64,000 nucleotides of DNA. Origin: Vicinamibacterales bacterium (GTDB lineage: Bacteria > Acidobacteriota > Vicinamibacteria > Vicinamibacterales > UBA8438). Below are positions 55,155 through 63,138 of the stretch, piece by piece; the stretch's first letter is position 1; each line of letters begins with the position of its first letter. Position numbers and translations under genes: made by a program. Location: contig CBDBKJ010000006.1 of assembly GCA_965206705.1 (NCBI GenBank), positions 1,849,355-1,913,354 of the forward strand. Direction: 5' to 3'. The notes beneath the pieces are model-generated. The model saw only the letters and a program-made list of their open reading frames with translations. It searched no databases and was not told the origin of the DNA.

Positions 55155-56078
55155 ATGATTCGAAGGAGTTTCTCGCTGGCGGTGCTGGCGGCGGCCCTCG
55201 CGGCGCCCGGCGCCGCATTCGCACAGGACGGATGGACCGCGCCGCGCACCGTCGACGGCCAGCCGGACCTGCAGGGGCTCTGGACGAACTCGACGACCAC
55301 CCCGCTCGAACGCCCGCGGGACGTGGCGGACCGGGCCGTCTACACGGACGAGGAAATCGCGGCCATCGACGCCGCGAACGTCGGCCGCAACGACCGCCCG
55401 CCGCCGGCCGGAGACCCCGGCACCTACAACGACTTCTGGTGGGAGCGCGGGACCGCCCTCGCCCGGACGTCGCTCGTCATCGACCCGCCGGACGGCCGGC
55501 TGCCGCCGCGGACGCCGGCCGGGGACGCGCGGGCGGGATGGACCCGCGGCGCCGACGCCTGGACCGACCGCGCCATGGCCGAGCGCTGCGTCACCCGCGG
55601 CGCGCCGAAGCGGCCCGGCGGCTACAACAACCACTTCCTGGTCCTGCAGACGCCGGGGTACGTCGTGATGCTGCAGGAGATGATCCACGAGCCGCGCATC
55701 ATCCCCCTCGACGGCGGCCCGCCGGTCGACGCACGGATCCGGCTCTGGATGGGCGACTCGCGCGGCCGCTGGGAGGGCGACACGCTGGTCGTCGAGACCA
55801 CGAACTTCCGCGACGAGATCTACACCAACTCGTTCAACTGCTGCCCCGGGGCGAGCGGCGCCCTGACGATGGTGGAGCGCTTCACCCGGGTCGACGCCGA
55901 CACCATCGACCACCACTACACCGTGAACGACCCCGACACCTATACGCGCCCGTGGACCGCGTCCATCCCGATGCGCCGCTTCGCCGGCCCGATGTACGAG
56001 TACGCCTGTCACGAGGGCAACTACGGGATGGAGAACCTGCTGCGCGGGGCGCGCGTCCAGGAGGGCGCGGAACGATAG
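55155..56078 (+). CDS. Secreted conserved hypothetical protein ('YEYACHEGNYG' family), copy B
   Basis: Signal peptide MIRRSFSLAVLAAALAAPGAAFAQ. Collinear paralog of 42742..43728. Confidence 0.75.
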   Translation: MIRRSFSLAVLAAALAAPGAAFAQDGWTAPRTVDGQPDLQGLWTNSTTTPLERPRDVADRAVYTDEEIAAIDAANVGRNDRPPPAGDPGTYNDFWWERGTALARTSLVIDPPDGRLPPRTPAGDARAGWTRGADAWTDRAMAERCVTRGAPKRPGGYNNHFLVLQTPGYVVMLQEMIHEPRIIPLDGGPPVDARIRLWMGDSRGRWEGDTLVVETTNFRDEIYTNSFNCCPGASGALTMVERFTRVDADTIDHHYTVNDPDTYTRPWTASIPMRRFAGPMYEYACHEGNYGMENLLRGARVQEGAER

Positions 56079-56330
56079 CCCGCGACCTCGTCTCGTCCCC
56101 GAGGAATCTCGAATGCCAGCGGGTTCACGCGCACCGCGCGGGTGACCTTCAGCGCAGGTCGTCGCCGTGGCCGTCGCCACCCCGGAGGCAGGCGGCGGGG
56201 GGGGCGCGCTCGGCGAGGCCCGCGCCCCCGCCCGGCCGGAATAGCGCCCCGAACGACCGGCACGCGCCGAATCCGTCCCGCCCCGAACGTGGCGCCGAGG
56301 GAATGCGGCAAGAGGCGTCGACGGGGCGCG

Positions 56331-57143
56331 CTACGACGCGCGCCCGCGCGACTTCCGGGCAGCGGGCCACTCGCGCAGCACCGGCGGCGTGACCCGACGA
56401 GCCGCGCGCACCACCGCGGCGGCCGATCGCAAGCGCCGGGCGTCTTTCGCGCGCCACGGGAATCCGTAGGCGTCGCGGACGGACGGCGGCAGCAGACCGA
56501 CGGTGGTCAACCGGCCGAGCCACAGCGCGGGGGCGACCCATCGTCTCCCCGGCGGCGCGAGCAGGGCCCCCGCGAGCCGTCGCGCGCACGCGCCGACCGC
56601 GAGGCGATCGTCCTGTTGCATCCGATCCAGGTAGCGGTCGAGGCTGTCCTTCGTGTCGGGCAGCGCGTCCGCCGGAACCCCGAGCAGCGGGCCGATCTGC
56701 GCCGCCTCGGCGCAGTAGCGGTCCTCGTCGTACGGCGCCAGCGGTCCGACGAACAGGGCGTAAGTGCGAAGCTGGCTGTCGACGAGGGTGGCATGGACCC
56801 AGGCGAGCAGCGCCGGGTCCGTGGCGTCGTACGGCGTGCCCGCCGCGTAGCCGCCGACCGCGCAGTCCAGCCGGCCGTGCACGCGGTGGTGGATCGCGTT
56901 GATGCGGTCGGCCGTCTGCCGAATCTCCGACTCGGTGCCGAAGGTGAGCGAGAGCATCGACCCGATGGTCCGGCGCATGCGCCGGACGTAGGCCAGCGCC
57001 CCGGCGTCGAAGCCGCTGTGGGCGCCGACGCCGGCCGCCACGAGGGGATGCGCGAGCTGCAGGAGAATCGCGCGGCCCCAGCCCAGCACCACCACCGCCT
57101 CGCGGTTGACGCGGTGGGACACCCGCATCGGACCCGAGCCCAT
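56331..57143 (-). CDS. MpaB/DUF2236-family oxygenase-like protein
   Basis: NREAVVVLGWGRAILLQLAHPLVAAGV...INAIHHRVHG...DPALLAWVHATL are DUF2236 hallmarks. The start is uncertain (57143 or 57128). Confidence 0.7.
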   Translation of the reverse strand: MGSGPMRVSHRVNREAVVVLGWGRAILLQLAHPLVAAGVGAHSGFDAGALAYVRRMRRTIGSMLSLTFGTESEIRQTADRINAIHHRVHGRLDCAVGGYAAGTPYDATDPALLAWVHATLVDSQLRTYALFVGPLAPYDEDRYCAEAAQIGPLLGVPADALPDTKDSLDRYLDRMQQDDRLAVGACARRLAGALLAPPGRRWVAPALWLGRLTTVGLLPPSVRDAYGFPWRAKDARRLRSAAAVVRAARRVTPPVLREWPAARKSRGRAS

Positions 57144-57403
57144 CGGCAACCCCTGCGCCCGACCGGGGGGGGCGAGGCAGTGGGGTGGTTGCCGAGGTCG
57201 CGGCTCGAATTCCATGACGGGTCCGGCGTTCGACCGGAATGGCAAGGCGCCGGCTGGGCAGTGCACGACGAGGGCCCGGTCAGACGCGGGCGTCCGGGAT
57301 CGAGAAGGGCCCGCGAGCGTTGCATCTCCGGTCGATTGCAGCGGCGATCTCACCGCGGTTCCCAGGGTACCGGATTCCGCCGACTTGCAGGTAAGATGCC
57401 CGC

Positions 57404-58882
57404 GTGTCCATTCTGCAACGAATCGGCGCCGCCTTCGTCCTCTTCCTGACCGCCGCGGGCGCCGCCGGCGCCCAGCCGGCGGAGCGGCCCAACGTCGTCC
57501 TGATCATCGCCGACGACCTGGGCTACGGCGACCTCGGCAGCTACGGCAGCCCCATCATGCGGACGCCGCGGCTCGACCGGCTGGCCGGGCGGGGGGTTCG
57601 CTTCAGTGCCGCGTACGTCGCGGCCGCCGTGTGCAGCCCATCACGGGCGGGGCTGATGACCGGACGCTACCCGCAGCGCCACGGCTACGAGTTCAACACC
57701 TCGGGCCGGGACGTGGAAATCGGACTCTCGACGGACGAACGGACCCTCGGCGACCTGATGCGGGGCGCCGGCTATGCGACGGGATACGTCGGCAAGTGGC
57801 ATCTCGGCCGGCGGCCGGCCCAGCAGCCGCTATCGCGCGGCTTCGGCGAGTACTTCGGCGTGCTCACCGGGGGAACGACCTATTTCAGCGACAGCCACCC
57901 CGAGGCGGTGCTCGATCCGGATCGCCCGGCCGGCACGCGCGCCGGGCGCGAGATCTACCGCGGGCGCGACGTGGTCGAGATCGACGACTATCTGACCGAC
58001 GTGTTCACGCGAGAGGCCGTCGACTTCATCGACCGTCACGCGGGAGGCGATGACCCGTTCTTCCTCGTCCTCTCGTACAACGCGCCCCATACGCCCCTGC
58101 AGGCGACGCGCGAGTACCTCGAGACCGTCGCCCACGTCGAGGACTTCCGCACCCGCATCTACGCGGCCATGGTGTCGTCGGTCGACCGCGGCGTCGGAAC
58201 GGTCGTCGACCGGCTCGCCGCGCATGGCGTCGACGACAACACCCTCATCGTTTTCATGAGCGACAACGGCTGCGTCGGCTACGCCGCGATCGCGTGCAGC
58301 AACGGACCGTTCAGCGGAACCAAGCGCTTCCACCTGGAGGGCGGCATCCGCATTCCGTTCATCATGCACTGGCCGGACGGCCTGGAAGGCGGACAGGTCT
58401 ACCGCGAGCCGGTCATCAGCCTCGACCTCTTCGCGACCTTCGCGGGCCTCGCCGGCGCCGCGCTCGACGACGGCGTGGTGCGTGACGGCGTCAACCTCCT
58501 GCCCTATCTGACCGGCGGCGCCGCCGGCTCCCCGCACGACGTCCTCTACTGGCGCGCCGGACCCAACCGGGCGATTCGCCTGGGCCGCTGGAAGCTCTTC
58601 GAGGTCAACCGCGCCGACCCCGCGGCGTCCCACGGGCGCGGCCGGCTGCTCCCCCTGCAGGACTATCCGGACGCATCGCCCCACGGGCAGGTCTCGCTGC
58701 TCTACGACCTCGCGGACGACACCGGCGAGCGCACCAACCGCGCCGACCAGCTTCCCGAGCGCCTGCGCGATCTCCAGGAGCGGCTCGACCGGTGGGAAGG
58801 TTCCCTCGCCCAGCCGGTGTGGCCGTCGAACCGGTCCACGATCACCGAGATCGACGGCGAGCTGGTTCAGCTGTTCTTCTGA
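57404..58882 (+). CDS. Arylsulfatase-family sulfatase, secreted
   Basis: PNVVLIIADDLGYGDLG and AVCSPSRAGLMTGRYP (the C-x-P-x-R formylglycine motif). Confidence 0.9.
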   Translation: MSILQRIGAAFVLFLTAAGAAGAQPAERPNVVLIIADDLGYGDLGSYGSPIMRTPRLDRLAGRGVRFSAAYVAAAVCSPSRAGLMTGRYPQRHGYEFNTSGRDVEIGLSTDERTLGDLMRGAGYATGYVGKWHLGRRPAQQPLSRGFGEYFGVLTGGTTYFSDSHPEAVLDPDRPAGTRAGREIYRGRDVVEIDDYLTDVFTREAVDFIDRHAGGDDPFFLVLSYNAPHTPLQATREYLETVAHVEDFRTRIYAAMVSSVDRGVGTVVDRLAAHGVDDNTLIVFMSDNGCVGYAAIACSNGPFSGTKRFHLEGGIRIPFIMHWPDGLEGGQVYREPVISLDLFATFAGLAGAALDDGVVRDGVNLLPYLTGGAAGSPHDVLYWRAGPNRAIRLGRWKLFEVNRADPAASHGRGRLLPLQDYPDASPHGQVSLLYDLADDTGERTNRADQLPERLRDLQERLDRWEGSLAQPVWPSNRSTITEIDGELVQLFF

Positions 58883-59160
58883 TGTCCCGCTTGCCCACCC
58901 CGTCGGCAGCGACCGTGCTCGGCAGCCCGTGGTGCCATCAACGCTATACGTCCGCGGCGATAGACGACATGATCGCACGCGGCCGTTGGGCCGACTGGGC
59001 CGACCTGGGCCGAGCCATCCGCGCCGATGCGTTCGTCATGGATCGGGTTGAGCGCATCTGTCGCGCTCATATCCGGGACCACGCCCCTCACTCGACGTTG
59101 AGCGCCAGCCTGCTGGCGGGCTGCGGACCTGGCCCACACGAGCAATGGAGGTCGTTTTGA
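58882..59160 (+). CDS. Hypothetical small protein
   Basis: The ATG overlaps the sulfatase stop (TGATG). I recognise no family. Composition is slightly AT-richer than the neighbours. Confidence 0.3.
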   Translation: MSRLPTPSAATVLGSPWCHQRYTSAAIDDMIARGRWADWADLGRAIRADAFVMDRVERICRAHIRDHAPHSTLSASLLAGCGPGPHEQWRSF

Positions 59161-59171
59161 CGGATCGTACG

Positions 59172-59886
59172 ATGGCACTTCGTTCGGGCCTGAGCCTCGT
59201 CTTTTGCCTGGCACTCGCCGGTGGCACTTTGATGGCGCAGGATGCACCCCGGACCGAGCTGGGGGCGCGACTGGCCGAGCATCACGGCGACGGCGCCTTC
59301 CACCGCCTGGAGGAAGTGAAGCTGCGGCCCGCCGTCGCCTACCCGGACGAGACAGCGTTCTTCGGTCTCAAGACTCCCACAGCCGCCTACCTGGCCTATC
59401 TGGCGGGCCTGCGTGCGGTCGAGGAAGAGGCCGGCGTGACGACCATGCTCGTGAACAACGTCCTGCGGCGGACTCGACCGGGTCGCCCAGAGGACTGGCC
59501 CATCAAACCCTACTGCGACTGGGACATGGTGGTGTTGAAGCACTACCCGAGCTGGCGGGCGTGGGAGGCGGTGGAGGGGAGCGCAGCGAATGAGGCGGCA
59601 GTCGTGCATCGCGAGGCCGCGGTGGCGGACGAGCACGTGGTGATTACCCCGGCGCCGCAGGTACCCGCAACGCCGCGGCAGGTTACCTCCGACGACCCGA
59701 CCGACACGGTAATGTATGTGGTGAACCTGATCCGGCTCCGCGACGAGGCCTACTACCCGGACGGCGAGTATCCCCCCTCGTCCGGCCTCGAAGCCTACAG
59801 ACGTTACCAGGGTGGCGGGGAGCTGGCGACGCTGGACCGCGTGCGATTTGTCGGCGCCGAGGTGCCCCACGACCTCAACCCTCCCG
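59172..59886 (+). pseudogene. 5' part of a secreted tandem DUF1330-like gene, interrupted by IS66 insertion
   Basis: Signal peptide MALRSGLSLVFCLALAGGTLMAQ and a DUF1330-like CDWDMVVLKHYPSWRAWEAV. The second domain starts at MYVVNLIRLRDE and is cut at 59886. The present ORF reads 7 codons into the IS before stopping at 59906. Confidence 0.7.
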
Positions 59887-61744
59887 GTATTCGTTTACAG
59901 GGGTAGTACGGGCCTGAAATGGGCTTGAAACGTCGGATTTCGGAGCAGCGCCGACGTTGGTTCGGCCGACGGTGGGTCTCAAATGGGCTGCCTCCACCGT
60001 TACCGTGACGTGGCAGGAGTCGGGTGCACGGGCGTCGACCGGTCGGCGGCGTCCGTCGTCGGCCGAGCCGTCCGCCGCGTACTGGCGAGCCCATCCGGCA
60101 GCCGACTCGCACGGTCAACGTTTCGGCACTTGACCCGTCCGGCGGTGAGCCGCAGGAACCGGGCGCGCTTCTGAAGTGGTGGTTTGGGTGTCGCCAGCCT
60201 ATGCGGGCGGCGGTGGGAGCCCGAAGGCTTGGGGAACAACTGGGTCGCGGGCGCGCAACATCTCGGCGATCACCGAAGGCAGGTCAAGGCCGCGCTGGCG
60301 GGCGGTGCGCACGACGCTGGACAGCACCTGCTGGGTGTCGGCGCCCTTGCGGGTGCGGTTGCCGCCGCACACCTTGCGGATGACCACCGCGGGCCGGATG
60401 GCCTGTTCAGCCCGCCAGTTGGTGGCGTCTATCGACGGGTCTCGCAGGAAGAGGAACACGGCCGGGAATTCGTTGGCCAAGTGCTTGGCGAAGCGCTTGG
60501 CGTCTTGCAACCACGGCGGCGTGTCGACGAGCCGAGCAAGCTGGGCCTCGAGTCGGCCGCGAAGGGAGTCGAGACCGCGCCTGTTCAATTCGCCGGCTCG
60601 GCAGCGGTCCCGCACGTCGAGGCCGGCCTGAAGGACGGCCTTGATCTTCGCGGCCCAGGCACTGTAGGGGTGGTTTTCCTGCAGTTCCTTGGCCCGGCGG
60701 ACCAGGTGAGTGAGGCAACTTTGGTGCAACGAGCGCTTGTAGCACCGGTACACCTGCCACCCGTCGCGCACGAGCACGCCGGCGTAATCGGTCCCCAGCA
60801 CGGTGGCCGCGTCGGCGAACCCGCGGCCGGGGCAGATGGCGTAGACGGTGGTCTCCGGGGTGGTGTACGCCCACAGCCAAGAAGGCAGGCCGCCGACGCG
60901 CCAGCCGGTTTCATCCGGGGTGACCACCGGTGCGTTGCGAACCTGCTCGCAGAGCTCCCGGTAGGCCGGCGCGGCGTCGCGGGCCGCGCGGTGGAGCACG
61001 TGGGCGAGACCGCCCCGGGTGACGTGGAGGCCGAACGTGTGGCGCAGCACGTGGGCGACCTTTGCCAGCGGGACACCCATCTCGTTGTGCAGCTCGACGA
61101 CGAGGGCCACGACCTCGGGGCCGAGCTGCACGCCGGCCGCCCCCAGCGCGTCGGAGGTCTGCAACCGGTGTCGGCCCTGCACACGCCGTTGACAGTGCGC
61201 GCAGTGGCCGATTTCGATGTCGAAGCGGCGCACGAGGGGGCTGACCTTGGGGAGGTCTTCCTGATATTGCGAGGCAACGTGGTCGACTTCGACAGTGCCG
61301 CCGCAGTCGGGACACGCCGACGGGGCCGGGGCCCGGTGGGTCTCGTCCACCTTCGGCGGGCGCGGGCGGCGTCCCTGCCGGCCGTAGCTTGCACCGGCCC
61401 GCCGGCCGGGGCGCCCGCCGCGTCCCTGCCGCCGGTTCTTGGCGAAGGGCGCGGCCTGGCGGCGGCCGGCACGACGCGCCTCGTCGAGTTGCTTCTTGAG
61501 GTCCTCGCTACGACGCTTCCATCGGTCCCGGTCGCGGATGGTGCGCGCCAAGTCATCGGTCAATTTCTCGTTCTCGCGCTCAAGCTCCTTGACGCGCTTG
61601 TCCTGCGGATCCCGCTCGGGCCGACGCGTCTTCGAACCACCGCGTTCCCCCATCATGCGCGCCATACTTCAGGTATCGGCACATGTGCCCCGAACCTGCA
61701 CGCCACTTCACGGATTTTCTCGTCGATACCCGGTAAACAAAGAC
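59887..61744 (-). mobile_element. IS66-family insertion sequence (single-ORF type, 1858 bp) with 8-bp target-site duplication
   Basis: The direct repeat CCCTCCCG occurs at 59879-59886 and 61745-61752. Terminal inverted repeats are GTATTCGTTTACAGGG (left) and GTCTTTGTTTACCGGG (right, reverse complement), matching at 13 of 16 positions. Confidence 0.85.
60199..61665 (-). CDS. IS66-family transposase
   Basis: Coiled-coil N-terminus (KELERENEKL), zinc-finger CPDCGG...CAHCQ, and a DDE core (VVTPDETGWRV..., VLVRDGWQVY, RKVCGGNRT). Confidence 0.9.
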   Translation of the reverse strand: MARMMGERGGSKTRRPERDPQDKRVKELERENEKLTDDLARTIRDRDRWKRRSEDLKKQLDEARRAGRRQAAPFAKNRRQGRGGRPGRRAGASYGRQGRRPRPPKVDETHRAPAPSACPDCGGTVEVDHVASQYQEDLPKVSPLVRRFDIEIGHCAHCQRRVQGRHRLQTSDALGAAGVQLGPEVVALVVELHNEMGVPLAKVAHVLRHTFGLHVTRGGLAHVLHRAARDAAPAYRELCEQVRNAPVVTPDETGWRVGGLPSWLWAYTTPETTVYAICPGRGFADAATVLGTDYAGVLVRDGWQVYRCYKRSLHQSCLTHLVRRAKELQENHPYSAWAAKIKAVLQAGLDVRDRCRAGELNRRGLDSLRGRLEAQLARLVDTPPWLQDAKRFAKHLANEFPAVFLFLRDPSIDATNWRAEQAIRPAVVIRKVCGGNRTRKGADTQQVLSSVVRTARQRGLDLPSVIAEMLRARDPVVPQAFGLPPPPA

Positions 61745-61752
61745 CCCTCCCG

Positions 61753-61928
61753 ACGTCCGCTGGTGGCGCATGAACATCGTGAAATACCCCAGCTTGCGCG
61801 ACTTCATGGAGATAGAACTGACCCCCGAGTTCCGCAGCATCTACCGCCACAAGGTGGCGGGCCTGAATCCGATCTGCAGCCCGGCCACCGTGCCCACCCT
61901 GCCCGAGTCATCGCTGGGTGACGGGTAG
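61753..61928 (+). pseudogene. 3' part of the IS66-interrupted DUF1330-like gene
   Basis: Removing the IS and one TSD copy joins ...VPHDLNPP to DVRWWRMNIVKYPSLRDFMEIELTPEFRSIYRHKVAGL... in frame. This is a DUF1330-type C-terminus. Confidence 0.7.
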
Positions 61929-62050
61929 CGGGGGGTACCTGGACGGTCGGTACTTGTTTTAGCGCGGTGGATTCTTGCGCGCGAGATCCAACATTTTGAA
62001 CTTGTACTTTCGTCTTCCAGGCGCCGCGAGCGTGCCGACATCCCGCTCGG

Positions 62051-62380
62051 CTACCCATCGCATCCCGTGGCGATCGCCAGCGCGCGGCATAGCTGGCGCA
62101 TCTTGTCCGGAGCAAGCGTGCCGACAAAGCCCTTCAGTTGACTCCGGGGCACCGTGAAGAGGTTGCACAGGTTCACGCAGGACGCCTGCTTCAGGCCTTC
62201 CTCCACGCCGACGGATACCTCGGTTGGCGCTCCGCGCGAAGTGGTCGTCACCGGAGCAACGATCACCGTATGAAGGAGAGGTATCAGAGAGGACCGGCTG
62301 AGGACCACGACCGGTCTGCGCTTGTCCGGATGCGGCCGGTGCAGACGCCAGATCTCGCCGCGATTCACTCTGGCGGCCAT
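62051..62380 (-). CDS. mazF: MazF/PemK-family endoribonuclease toxin
   Basis: RGEIWRLHRPHPDKRRPVVVLSRSS...VIVAPVTTTSRG is the PemK/MazF signature. It overlaps the upstream RHH gene. Confidence 0.85.
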   Translation of the reverse strand: MAARVNRGEIWRLHRPHPDKRRPVVVLSRSSLIPLLHTVIVAPVTTTSRGAPTEVSVGVEEGLKQASCVNLCNLFTVPRSQLKGFVGTLAPDKMRQLCRALAIATGCDG

Positions 62381-62607
62381 TCCTGGGCATCCATCAGGTC
62401 ACTGATTTCCGCCAGCAGCTCGTCGGCGTGTCCGGCGTAGGCGTTCCTGAGCTGCTCGTCGATCTCCCGCCGCTGTCGGGCGCGCAGGTACATCTCGACC
62501 GCCGAGCGGATGAAGACCGATCTGCCCCGGCGGCGAACCTCGGGGTCCGCGTCGATGCGGCGCAGGAGCTCCGAATCCATCGAGATCTGGACAGGTCGAG
62601 CTGCCAT
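62365..62607 (-). CDS. Ribbon-helix-helix (CopG-type) antitoxin
   Basis: ISMDSELLRRIDADPEVRRRGRSVFIRSAVEMYL is an RHH motif. Confidence 0.8.
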   Translation of the reverse strand: MAARPVQISMDSELLRRIDADPEVRRRGRSVFIRSAVEMYLRARQRREIDEQLRNAYAGHADELLAEISDLMDAQEWPPE

Positions 62608-62766
62608 GTTGGGATGCTACCACATGTTCATGATGGCTAAATTGTTGCCCATCCCCATCAATGCTCGTCGCAGGGCACGGCGGGCGCACTCCCGCAGACG
62701 CTGCAGCAACAGGTCCTCTACAGGGCGCGCCTGACTGCACCGGGCGGGGCCGGAAGCTGTTCGAGG

Positions 62767-62898
62767 TTAACCGCGGCCGACCCCCGCGGATTCCCATGTA
62801 CGCGGTCGGCTGCTCCCCCCGCAGGGCTGAGCCATCACCGCCCTGTCGTCGCGTTCCACCGCGAGAAACGCGCCGCCGTCGAGCACCAACCCGCTCAC
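62767..62898 (-). pseudogene. Decayed PIN-domain toxin remnant
   Basis: The GTG overlaps the antitoxin stop (GTGA). VSGLVLDGGAFLAVERDDRAVMA is a PIN-toxin N-terminus, after which the frame degenerates and stops. Confidence 0.35.
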
Positions 62899-63089
62899 GC
62901 TGTCGGCTTCCCGGTTCGAAGACCGAGCTCGGCCTCCGCTCGACCGAGCTCGTCGGGGGTCAAAGCGCCATGATCGGTTTCCCAGCTGTCGAGAAACTCA
63001 CGCAACGCGTTGGGGTGGAGCTTCGCGGCCGCAGCCGCCGCCAACCAGGATGATAGGCCGGCGCCAGCCGCGTGCCCGGCCTGGCGCAC
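62895..63089 (-). pseudogene. N-terminally truncated TA antitoxin remnant
   Basis: ...GLSSWLAAAAAAKLHPNALREFLDSWETDHGALTPDELGRAEAELGL resembles the C-terminal part of RHH-type antitoxins. The expected N-terminal RHH strand and helix are missing, and the IS-type transposase gene ends only about 50 nt away. Confidence 0.4.
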
Positions 63090-63138
63090 CTCGTCTCCAA
63101 CAGCCCGTGGAAGAAGTCTGTTCGCTCAGCCGGCCTGT

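Noticed and set aside
59887-61744. Looked for IS66 accessory genes (tnpA/tnpB-like) inside the element.
   Set aside because: At 1858 bp there is room only for the single 488-aa transposase. The other ORFs inside are antisense or alternative-frame artefacts.
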